Source: a virus
Taxonomy: Duplodnaviria; Caudoviricetes
Strand: one strand, 5' to 3'
DNA: 61,999 nt
IMG/VR virus record: IMGVR_UViG_3300008448_000076
Location: 1 to 61,999 of that record
Shown here: one piece after another, positions 8,126 through 15,431 of the stretch
How positions within the stretch are numbered: the stretch's first letter is position 1
Layout of the letters: each line of letters begins with the position of its first letter
Translations under genes and position numbers: made by a program
Notes under the pieces: generated by a model
The model's database searches: none
What the model was told of the DNA's origin: nothing
The model's input: the letters and a program-made list of their open reading frames with translations, nothing else

Positions 8126-10111
8126 TCAGTAAGCCTTCGTTTTGCCGTTCATCCACGTTTCCGTGTTGGTGATTTGGGTGTTGTCGAGGTTTGCGCCGAA
8201 GCGGATAATTGCGCCGTAAAGTCTGCCGTTGTAAGGGAGTGTACTTCCGCCACGACGACCGATGTAGAGTGTTTGCGCATTGAAATTACCGGAACCTTGG
8301 TCGGAGGTACGAGATGCGGCTTGAACACCATCCAATCTCAAAATCATGGTATCCGTTGAAATAGCAAAAATAGACGACATGACTTTTGTACTTGGAGCAA
8401 GAATAACAGATGAGGACGCTCCAGAAGCGACGGAAGCGGTGCCTCTTGAGTAGCAAGCAAAGTCTCCCGACGCCCCTGTATTGTTAGGCGCAAGAAGCAC
8501 AAACGCACCAGCATTTGTTCCTGAATTTGTACCAAGCTCAGTCAACACTCCAGTTGTTGCATCACTCAACTTCCGCACACCCGCAAACACCTGTGCCTTG
8601 TCGGTGCCTGGCGTGATCGTTCCCGTGAGCATGTAATCGTCCGAGCCGTCGAAGCGGAGGTACATTGGGAAGTTGGTGGTGTCGTAGTCGGTCGAAGTGT
8701 TGACGCGTTGGTAGACTGGGAGCGCAACGCCGTCGTTGGCTACACGGAGGTCTGCGCCCCAGATGTAGATGCCTGATGTATTATCGCCTGTATAGGTATT
8801 AAAGTTCCCCATCCCCGCAGGCAAAAGCATTCCAACGCTATTTGCAGTTGAGGAATTAGTTGCATCTGCGGTCACTGTAATAGAACAACGATACCAGTCA
8901 TTACCAACAGATGTGATTGATGCTGTTACGCCGCTTTGAACTTGTGTCGTTTGATTACTTAAATCAAACCAAGCAGTTCGGCCACTATCGGGGAACGCCT
9001 GCGTTTGATAATACATCGCAACGACATTTCTTCCTGCGCTTTTTATGTAACAACTTGCTGTGTATGCTGCCCCAGAGGTGAACGATATTGCCGTGTTAAA
9101 ATAAATCGTTGGCAAAACCGTGCCTGCGTTTTCTTTTAGTTTGTCGGCTGTTGTTGTTCCGTCAGGCGCGGTGGCGTCATTTGCAATTACCGTGCTAGTA
9201 GGAGTGCCGCCTTGGTTCCAAACCGCATCATCAAACTGCTCAGTCTTCGTCAGCAAATTATAACGCGCCGACAACACGGGGCGGGAGGCTGTGGCAGCGG
9301 ACGGGGTGTAGGCGTGGTTGCCTGCTTGGACGTTGTACCAAGTGTCAGTAACAGGCTGGTAGGTTGGAGACACGTTGGCATCCGCAGCGAGGCGGAGGTC
9401 TGCGCCCCAGATTAAAATCCCGTCTGTGCCATTTCCTGTCCAAGCCGAGACGTTACCGTTTGTTTGATCGCATGCTATATACAAACCACGCTGGCTTACT
9501 GATCCACCAGTAAACGTGAGGTCGCATTTATACCAACCATTTCCAACACTTGTGATTGTAGTTGTTGTGCCCGCAGTTTTATTTCCGGTAGTTCCGTTTG
9601 ACAGATTAAAATATCCATACGCGGAACCATATGCTTCGCCAATAAAAACAAAATTGTAACCATCAGCTTTTGCATAAACAGAGGCTGTGTAACTTCCTGA
9701 AGCATATGTTTGAGGTTGTTCTACATAATGCGTCCCGCTGACTGCGGTTGGAATCAACTTTTCAGCCGTTGTAGTTCCGTTTGGTGCAACAGCAGCATTT
9801 TGAGTGATGTTTACTCGAAACTTTGACCAAGCCGCATTATCAAACTCTTGAGTTCGCGTCAGCAAATTCAGACGACGCGTACCGTTCGTTCCAACGCCAT
9901 TCTTTGACTTATCGAGGATTACGGAGACAGGCTGTTCCACAGCGGAGACGGGTGTCGCTCCGTTGAAGTCCTGAAACATCGTGGACATATCGCTCGGATC
10001 GTACCACGCGCCGGGTTCGCTGGCCGAGAACAAGGAAAGCGGCGTGAAGGCAGAAAGGCCCGTATCAAAGAACGGGCTACGAAGCGCGATCTGATTAAAC
10101 GGGCTTTCCAT
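8126..10111 (-). CDS. Head fibre/spike-like protein with two copies of a carbohydrate-binding-like domain
   Basis: Internal duplication NLL...FD...W...AP.GT.TA.KL...SVGN.WY.C...IWGADLR; LamG-like C-terminus; ATG at 10111 preferred over 10135. Confidence 0.6.
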   Translation of the reverse strand: MESPFNQIALRSPFFDTGLSAFTPLSLFSASEPGAWYDPSDMSTMFQDFNGATPVSAVEQPVSVILDKSKNGVGTNGTRRLNLLTRTQEFDNAAWSKFRVNITQNAAVAPNGTTTAEKLIPTAVSGTHYVEQPQTYASGSYTASVYAKADGYNFVFIGEAYGSAYGYFNLSNGTTGNKTAGTTTTITSVGNGWYKCDLTFTGGSVSQRGLYIACDQTNGNVSAWTGNGTDGILIWGADLRLAADANVSPTYQPVTDTWYNVQAGNHAYTPSAATASRPVLSARYNLLTKTEQFDDAVWNQGGTPTSTVIANDATAPDGTTTADKLKENAGTVLPTIYFNTAISFTSGAAYTASCYIKSAGRNVVAMYYQTQAFPDSGRTAWFDLSNQTTQVQSGVTASITSVGNDWYRCSITVTADATNSSTANSVGMLLPAGMGNFNTYTGDNTSGIYIWGADLRVANDGVALPVYQRVNTSTDYDTTNFPMYLRFDGSDDYMLTGTITPGTDKAQVFAGVRKLSDATTGVLTELGTNSGTNAGAFVLLAPNNTGASGDFACYSRGTASVASGASSSVILAPSTKVMSSIFAISTDTMILRLDGVQAASRTSDQGSGNFNAQTLYIGRRGGSTLPYNGRLYGAIIRFGANLDNTQITNTETWMNGKTKAY

Positions 10112-10112
10112 A

Positions 10113-10397
10113 TTAGTCAGTATCCACGTACACAACTGCGCGGCGACCGCCGACAGGCTTTGCCCAGACGCGCTTTGCGCCCGACAAGGATGTCAAATCG
10201 GCCATGGCCTTTTGCAACTCACCAAGACCTTCAGGATATTCAATCCCGCGAGCCGCAGTTGGAGTCGTTGTATCAGTTGTGAACCGGACATAGATGTCCG
10301 AGGTCTGAACCTGAAAGGTGATTTCAGTGGCATCAGCATTGGTCAGCTGAGTCCAGACATTCGGTTCGCAATAAACAGTTGCTTGGTTCTGAGCCAT
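10113..10397 (-). CDS. Small structural-module protein
   Basis: ORF with GGGG RBS-like tract. Confidence 0.65.
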   Translation of the reverse strand: MAQNQATVYCEPNVWTQLTNADATEITFQVQTSDIYVRFTTDTTTPTAARGIEYPEGLGELQKAMADLTSLSGAKRVWAKPVGGRRAVVYVDTD

Positions 10398-10418
10398 ATC
10401 TAACCCCTGTGCTTAGAC

Positions 10419-10443
10419 AGAGGTAGCCTGTGAGGCTACCTCT
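10419..10443 (-). other. Perfect 11-bp intergenic hairpin
   Basis: AGAGGTAGCCT-GTG-AGGCTACCTCT; no U-tract. Confidence 0.55.
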
Positions 10444-10459
10444 ATCAAGATACATTCAA

Positions 10460-10933
10460 TCAAGGATTGATTGAACCGGGTTGGACATACGTCACAACGA
10501 GTGTACCAGCACCAGAGCCCGTGTTCGACGAGGTCACAACGATGCGGTTATCCGCTGTTCCGACGTTGACGAAGGCTGCGGTGCGCGTAGCGTCCGTGCC
10601 CGGGCCTACACTGACATCACCAATTGTGCCGCCAGCAACTGCACCAGCTGCCGTGAATTTCGTGGCAAGTGCTGTCGTGCCGATGCCGAGAGTCGAGGCT
10701 GCACCGGTCCATGCTGTCGTGACATAGAGCTTGATATCTGTGATGAGGCTGCCAGCCGGAACCACGATGCTCGTCGTGTAAACGCCAGCAACCGAACCGT
10801 TGGTTGCCTGTGTAATTGCTTCGGACTGAACTGTAGCAACCGTGCCGACGTTGGCAACATCTTGGCCGAGTGTCGTGCCGGTCGTGAACTTGATTGGGCC
10901 AGCTTTAATTGGTCCCGTGAACGTAGAAGCCAT
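10460..10933 (-). CDS. Putative capsid decoration protein
   Basis: MASTFTGPIKAG...VPAGS.I...VVTYVQ; immediately downstream of the major capsid gene. Confidence 0.55.
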   Translation of the reverse strand: MASTFTGPIKAGPIKFTTGTTLGQDVANVGTVATVQSEAITQATNGSVAGVYTTSIVVPAGSLITDIKLYVTTAWTGAASTLGIGTTALATKFTAAGAVAGGTIGDVSVGPGTDATRTAAFVNVGTADNRIVVTSSNTGSGAGTLVVTYVQPGSINP

Positions 10934-10939
10934 TGTAAT

Positions 10940-11015
10940 GTTCCTTATGCAGAAGTTTGGCCCTGTAGTCTCTGCATCGTCTGCCGGGACAGTCTACAAA
11001 GCCGGGTTGACCCGG
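10940..11015 (-). ncRNA. Structured element downstream of the capsid gene, resembling the Mu-gpT-DE RNA motif
   Basis: Stem 10994-11003/10959-10968 crossed by the pairing 10971-10977/10947-10953 next to the RBS; context matches the described motif (from memory). Confidence 0.55.
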
Positions 11016-11022
11016 ATAGAGG

Positions 11023-11048
11023 AGAGACCGGAGTTGCCCCCGGTCTCT
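11023..11048 (-). terminator. GCAA-tetraloop hairpin after the major capsid gene (weak terminator or stabiliser)
   Basis: AGAGACCGGGG-GCAA-CTCCGGTCTCT; lacks a U-tract. Confidence 0.45.
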
Positions 11049-11056
11049 TAGTCTTA

Positions 11057-11965
11057 TTAAGCGCCCTGCGAGCCGTAGATCGCGCGAGGATCCGACCAAC
11101 CGAACGAGTAACGCTCACGCGCCTTGTAGCGCACGTTGCCCGTTTCGAAGTCGCCTTCCATCGCCGTCTTGAGCGGCGAACGCACGAAGTGCTTGAGGCC
11201 ATTCGGTGCATCCGTCTTAACGAACCACGCATCAGGGTCAGTCAGGAAGTGATTGACCGCGAAGCCCTGCGGCAGGTAGCCGCCGGTCTTGATTGCGTTG
11301 ATGTCGTTATCTGATGTCGAAACGCGCTGTTCCGACTTCAGGATACGCTCTGCAGTGAACTGAAGTGCAGGCGGAATGATAAGCTTCATGCCGCGGGTTG
11401 CAATCTTCAGACCACGCTCGTCGATGAAGGCAGCAATATCAATGAGCGCCTGTTCAAGAGACGTTTCATTGAGGTCGGCCTGCGTAGCAAGCGTGTTCGA
11501 CCAGTTGCCACCACCCGTCGTCGGGTGAGCAGAGTTGATCAACGACACATTGTCGCCGCCCTTGTAGGACGAAGAGAACGCATTGTTGAGGACAGAGGCA
11601 GCCTTGACCTGCTTCGTGTTCGCCATAGAACGTGCGAGAGCACGGGTATAGCGAGCCGAGAGCTTGTCGTAGAGGTTGTCTTCAACCGCTTCTTCAGTGA
11701 TGGCGAATGCAAGAGCAATCGTCTCATGGGTGTAGCGAGCGGTGAAAGCTTCACCTGCCGTGTCATAAGCGATGGCAGAACCTTCGCCTTTGGTCGGAGC
11801 TTGGCCGAAGCCGGAGAGCATCACTTCTTCTTCGAATGCACGATCCGAGTTCTCCGTATCGAAGATCTCAGCGTGTTCGTTGTCGTAGCGATCATACTCC
11901 ATGCCGAACAAAGCGTTCAGACCGGGCTCAAGTTCCTTGAGGAGCTGTGAACGAGTAATAGCCAT
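11057..11965 (-). CDS. Major capsid protein (HK97 fold, Mu gpT-like)
   Basis: MAITRSQLLKELEPGLNALFG...KLIIPPAL...LTDPDAWF...RERYSFGWSDPR; AGGAG RBS. Confidence 0.9.
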   Translation of the reverse strand: MAITRSQLLKELEPGLNALFGMEYDRYDNEHAEIFDTENSDRAFEEEVMLSGFGQAPTKGEGSAIAYDTAGEAFTARYTHETIALAFAITEEAVEDNLYDKLSARYTRALARSMANTKQVKAASVLNNAFSSSYKGGDNVSLINSAHPTTGGGNWSNTLATQADLNETSLEQALIDIAAFIDERGLKIATRGMKLIIPPALQFTAERILKSEQRVSTSDNDINAIKTGGYLPQGFAVNHFLTDPDAWFVKTDAPNGLKHFVRSPLKTAMEGDFETGNVRYKARERYSFGWSDPRAIYGSQGA

Positions 11966-11978
11966 GGTTCATTACTCC

Positions 11979-12596
11979 TTAGACGCCAGCACCGGTGCCG
12001 TTAGCACCGTAGCGATAGAAGTGGTTGTTAAGCATAACAATCGCCAAACGACCAGCCGCCGCTGCATCCGAGTTCGCAGGAGTATCCTCGAAGCCGATGA
12101 TGCGGAGGTTGAGACTGTTTGTCGTGTTTGCCGTCGAAACAGCGAGTTCACCAGACGAGAGACCCGACACTGTGCTACCGCTGGTAGCTGTGGCGAAGTT
12201 TGCGTTTGCATGAACAAGCGCGTCAGCCGCTGCCGCATCGCAGTTGATGAGGAAGAGCTGATCTGGATGCGCAGCAATCTCTGCTGTTGCAACCGTGTTA
12301 GCCATAACCGAGGCTGTGCCCGGCCAGTACGGCGACCACTTGGGCTTGCCGGAAAGGTCGATGTAGTTGCAGCCGAGGAATGCGCCAAGGAGCGGAACAG
12401 TACCACCGTTGGCATTGCCGACGATATCAATCATACCGTTTGCGAGCGGAATAACAGGGGTGCCCTGATAAATTACGCTCGACGTGCCTGCCGTAGCAGC
12501 GGTCTGAATGGTATACGTTGCGTTACCATTGGTGTTAGCACCGGCTCCAAGCATGTTATACGGACGGAGTCCGAAAGCGGCATCAATATTTGCCAT
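11979..12596 (-). CDS. Minor capsid/cement-like protein
   Basis: MANIDAAFGLRP...G.F.GC.Y; directly upstream of the major capsid gene. Confidence 0.6.
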   Translation of the reverse strand: MANIDAAFGLRPYNMLGAGANTNGNATYTIQTAATAGTSSVIYQGTPVIPLANGMIDIVGNANGGTVPLLGAFLGCNYIDLSGKPKWSPYWPGTASVMANTVATAEIAAHPDQLFLINCDAAAADALVHANANFATATSGSTVSGLSSGELAVSTANTTNSLNLRIIGFEDTPANSDAAAAGRLAIVMLNNHFYRYGANGTGAGV

Positions 12597-12611
12597 TGCT
12601 TAGATCCTTAA

Positions 12612-13073
12612 TTATTCGGAGGAACGATTTCCACCGAAGGTGACACGGGATTGCCGTTCAGGTTTAATGATCGGCATAACTGGATTTTGATCTCTCATAA
12701 GATCGTTATCAACAGCAGCAAGCTGGTCATTTGTCTGCGTACGGTAGTACGCATTTCGTTGTTTTACCAACTCTTCCGGTATGCGGGCTAATACAAGACC
12801 CCCAACCGCAATGACACCGGCATGCTTGCCGTCGTTAATCGTAGGCAGATCATCACGATCTGGGTATTCATCTGCGCGAACAAGTTCAAAGCCCTCGCGT
12901 AGGCGTGCGGAGAGATTCTTCCGGTCGTCCATGCCACCAGATTCCATACGGATCCAGCGGTGTACAAATCCCGCCGGGGGCGGGGGTGCATCCAACGTAG
13001 ATGGTGGTTTCCATGCTACTGGACGGGTAGTCGTGTTGCGTGTCGAAGCAGCGCGTGGTGAGCGATCAACCAT
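12612..13073 (-). CDS. Conserved head-module protein
   Basis: W.PP..L.AP...RWIR...REG.ELV...GGL.LARIP. Confidence 0.7.
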   Translation of the reverse strand: MVDRSPRAASTRNTTTRPVAWKPPSTLDAPPPPAGFVHRWIRMESGGMDDRKNLSARLREGFELVRADEYPDRDDLPTINDGKHAGVIAVGGLVLARIPEELVKQRNAYYRTQTNDQLAAVDNDLMRDQNPVMPIIKPERQSRVTFGGNRSSE

Positions 13074-13984
13074 TATTCGGCCCTCTCTCTAGCGAGCTTC
13101 AACTGACGTTTGTAATCATCATAGCTTACGCCAAGACGACGTGCAATACTTTTCTGAGATTCCGTCAGTTCAGCATCAGTAGATGCTTTCTTAACCTGAG
13201 TAGGACGCCCAGAAGCGACAGCAGAAGCGGGTTTCTTTTGCACGATTTCCTTAAACTTGTTTGGAAACTCTTTACGCATACGCATGTCGAGTTCCTTGTA
13301 GTAATCATCAGCAGCACCATCGTACCCCTCGTTCATGAGATCATTGTGGATCTCATAAGCCGTGAAGGTCATGGCACGGTCTGAACCAAACCACTGGTTC
13401 CGATTTGCCCAGTCCTGAGCCTTTTTGTCAGGTCGAGGAGGGGGAGCGGGTGGAGTAACCGGGTTTTGTGGGACAGCCGTTTCCTGCTGTTCACGATAAA
13501 CCTTGTAGTTTCGCAGGCGCTCACGCTCAATTGCAAGCTGGGCAAGCGTCTGCTGGGCCTCGACCTGCTTATCAACATCACCGCTGTCAACGGCGAGCTT
13601 AAACTGGTCTTTCAGAAGCTGTTCTTGGGCCTTAAGGCGAACTTCCGCCTCAGTCTCAAGGTTCTTGCTGAGTTGCTGTTCACGTTTCTTGAGCGTGTCC
13701 AGCTCAGACTTTACGGCTTTCGCATACTCAAGAGCTTCTAATTCACGGCGCTCAAGTTCGCGAGACTTCGCTGTCAAACGGCCAATACGGCGTTGAACAG
13801 ACTTACTATATTGAGCAAGATCGTCGTCTTCGGACTCGTCAAAATCGTCTTCCGAGTCGTCATCCTTGTCATCTTCTACAGCAGATGCTTTGGTTTCCTT
13901 CTCACCGGACTCTTCTTCCGTTTCAAGTTCTTCCGTAACTTCAGTCTCTTTAACCTCTTCTTCAGAGGTGTCTTTATCAAGCAT
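13073..13984 (-). CDS. Putative capsid scaffolding protein
   Basis: Acidic N-terminus, long coiled coil, W...N.WFG, C-terminal IARRLGVS..DY; located between portal and capsid genes. Confidence 0.7.
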   Translation of the reverse strand: MLDKDTSEEEVKETEVTEELETEEESGEKETKASAVEDDKDDDSEDDFDESEDDDLAQYSKSVQRRIGRLTAKSRELERRELEALEYAKAVKSELDTLKKREQQLSKNLETEAEVRLKAQEQLLKDQFKLAVDSGDVDKQVEAQQTLAQLAIERERLRNYKVYREQQETAVPQNPVTPPAPPPRPDKKAQDWANRNQWFGSDRAMTFTAYEIHNDLMNEGYDGAADDYYKELDMRMRKEFPNKFKEIVQKKPASAVASGRPTQVKKASTDAELTESQKSIARRLGVSYDDYKRQLKLARERAE

Positions 13985-14014
13985 GGCTCATCTCCATGTG
14001 TTTGCGCGACGGCC

Positions 14015-14515
14015 TCAAACGCTGAGGACATCTGCGGGGTCAACGATGGTAGCGATAACTTCATCGTCATTAATAATCCGTACTTCTCCGCCCTCAATCC
14101 GGAAACGAGTTCCAGCATAGCGGCCAATCATGACCCAATCGCCCTTCTTGCACCACGGACCAGTAGGAAACTTTTCCTTATCCGCGTATGCTTCCGGGCC
14201 GACAGCGAGGACATAACCCACAACTGTGGCAAGAGAATTACGTTCGATGGTTTCGTCTGCCATGAGAACACCACCTTTTGTCTTACCCGTCCCTTTGTAA
14301 GGAAGGATAAGAATGCGCCAGCCTGTTGGCTGTGGCATGCGCTCCAAAGCTGATTGTGGCAGCTTTGACGGGTCCAAAGAACGTTCCTGTTCGGGAACAT
14401 AGGCTGAAGAAACGTCAATTGCTTCTGACTTCTCTTCGGTGCCCTCTTTGCTTTCTTCGACTTTCTTGGCCTTGATGGCCCTAGCAACGTGTTCTGGTAG
14501 AATGAGATTACTCAT
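14015..14515 (-). CDS. groES: Co-chaperonin GroES-like protein with N-terminal extension
   Basis: PTGWRILI...KTKGGV...VLAVGP...GDWV...YAGT...INDDEVIA. Confidence 0.9.
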   Translation of the reverse strand: MSNLILPEHVARAIKAKKVEESKEGTEEKSEAIDVSSAYVPEQERSLDPSKLPQSALERMPQPTGWRILILPYKGTGKTKGGVLMADETIERNSLATVVGYVLAVGPEAYADKEKFPTGPWCKKGDWVMIGRYAGTRFRIEGGEVRIINDDEVIATIVDPADVLSV

Positions 14516-14705
14516 CTTCCATACCTATCCTTTTAAGCAGAGAACGAATTTCAGATTCCATTGAAACCCAAGCTTCGTATTGGGAACGAAGTTTTAAGTA
14601 AGCATTGAAATCCGGAACAGATCCCTCTGTCATCTGTCCCACGAGGACCGAAGTCCTCTCCCGCACGAACTTAAGAATATTGTCGGCAATGTAAATACCG
14701 TCCAC
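14508..14705 (-). CDS. Small helical hypothetical protein
   Basis: GTG start with GGAG RBS; overlaps the groES start. Confidence 0.7.
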   Translation of the reverse strand: MDGIYIADNILKFVRERTSVLVGQMTEGSVPDFNAYLKLRSQYEAWVSMESEIRSLLKRIGMEDE

Positions 14706-14723
14706 GCACTTTCTCCACGTAAA

Positions 14724-15248
14724 TTACTTCATTGGGGTAGAATTATAGAGCAGCATGTCCTTGTTTTGGCTGCTGTTTGACGAGCCAAAGTAGAAAGAAA
14801 TGACCTGTTCAGCTTTTGCGGAAAGATATCCTATCAAGGTTCCGGCAAGAACAGAATCAACTTTTGTGTATCCGAGAAGTGTAGCCACAGTTACTGCTAC
14901 GAATGAGCAGAGGATGAAGATAGCCATGCTCGGAACAAGGTTTGTCCGAAGCGCCATCTGCATTTCACGGGCACTTTTGCGGTCGGCAACAACCAAAGCT
15001 TCAAGATCGATATCAAGCTGCTTCATCTTGATCTGAAAGTCAGAATCGATCCGCTTGATCTCTGTCACCTGATCGGGTGTTGCTGCGGCAAGGACTGCTG
15101 CAAGATCATCCGCCGTGCCGTCTTCACGGCCAAGCAGGCCGATAGACAGCGCACGAACAGCCATCCCGGCAACTGGACCGCCAAGAGCGGTCGCAATCGT
15201 CGGAGCAATCTGCCGAAGTAACGGGCCAAATGTCCCGAGGAGATTCAT
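14724..15248 (-). CDS. Putative holin (3-TM, GTA-type)
   Basis: APTIATALGGP...DRKSAR.M...hydrophobic helices...FYFGSS. Confidence 0.7.
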   Translation of the reverse strand: MNLLGTFGPLLRQIAPTIATALGGPVAGMAVRALSIGLLGREDGTADDLAAVLAAATPDQVTEIKRIDSDFQIKMKQLDIDLEALVVADRKSAREMQMALRTNLVPSMAIFILCSFVAVTVATLLGYTKVDSVLAGTLIGYLSAKAEQVISFYFGSSNSSQNKDMLLYNSTPMK

Positions 15249-15421
15249 TAGCGCACCACAAACTTCTGCGGGCGCATCATAGCCCCAAAGCCGCGAGCAG
15301 CTTGCTCACCGCGAGGTGCGGAAGGGACGCCAACAGATACTTCCTGCGCAAGCGGCACAGAACCTTGGTTCACAATTGTCTGCGAGGTTTCAACTGCAGG
15401 CATCTTGGACGGCTTCTTCAT
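15248..15421 (-). CDS. 57-aa protein (MKKPSKM...ARGFGAMMRPQKFVVR)
   Basis: Hand translation; AAGGAG RBS; TAATG coupling to the holin gene. Confidence 0.75.
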   Translation of the reverse strand: MKKPSKMPAVETSQTIVNQGSVPLAQEVSVGVPSAPRGEQAARGFGAMMRPQKFVVR

Positions 15422-15431
15422 CGGTAACTCC

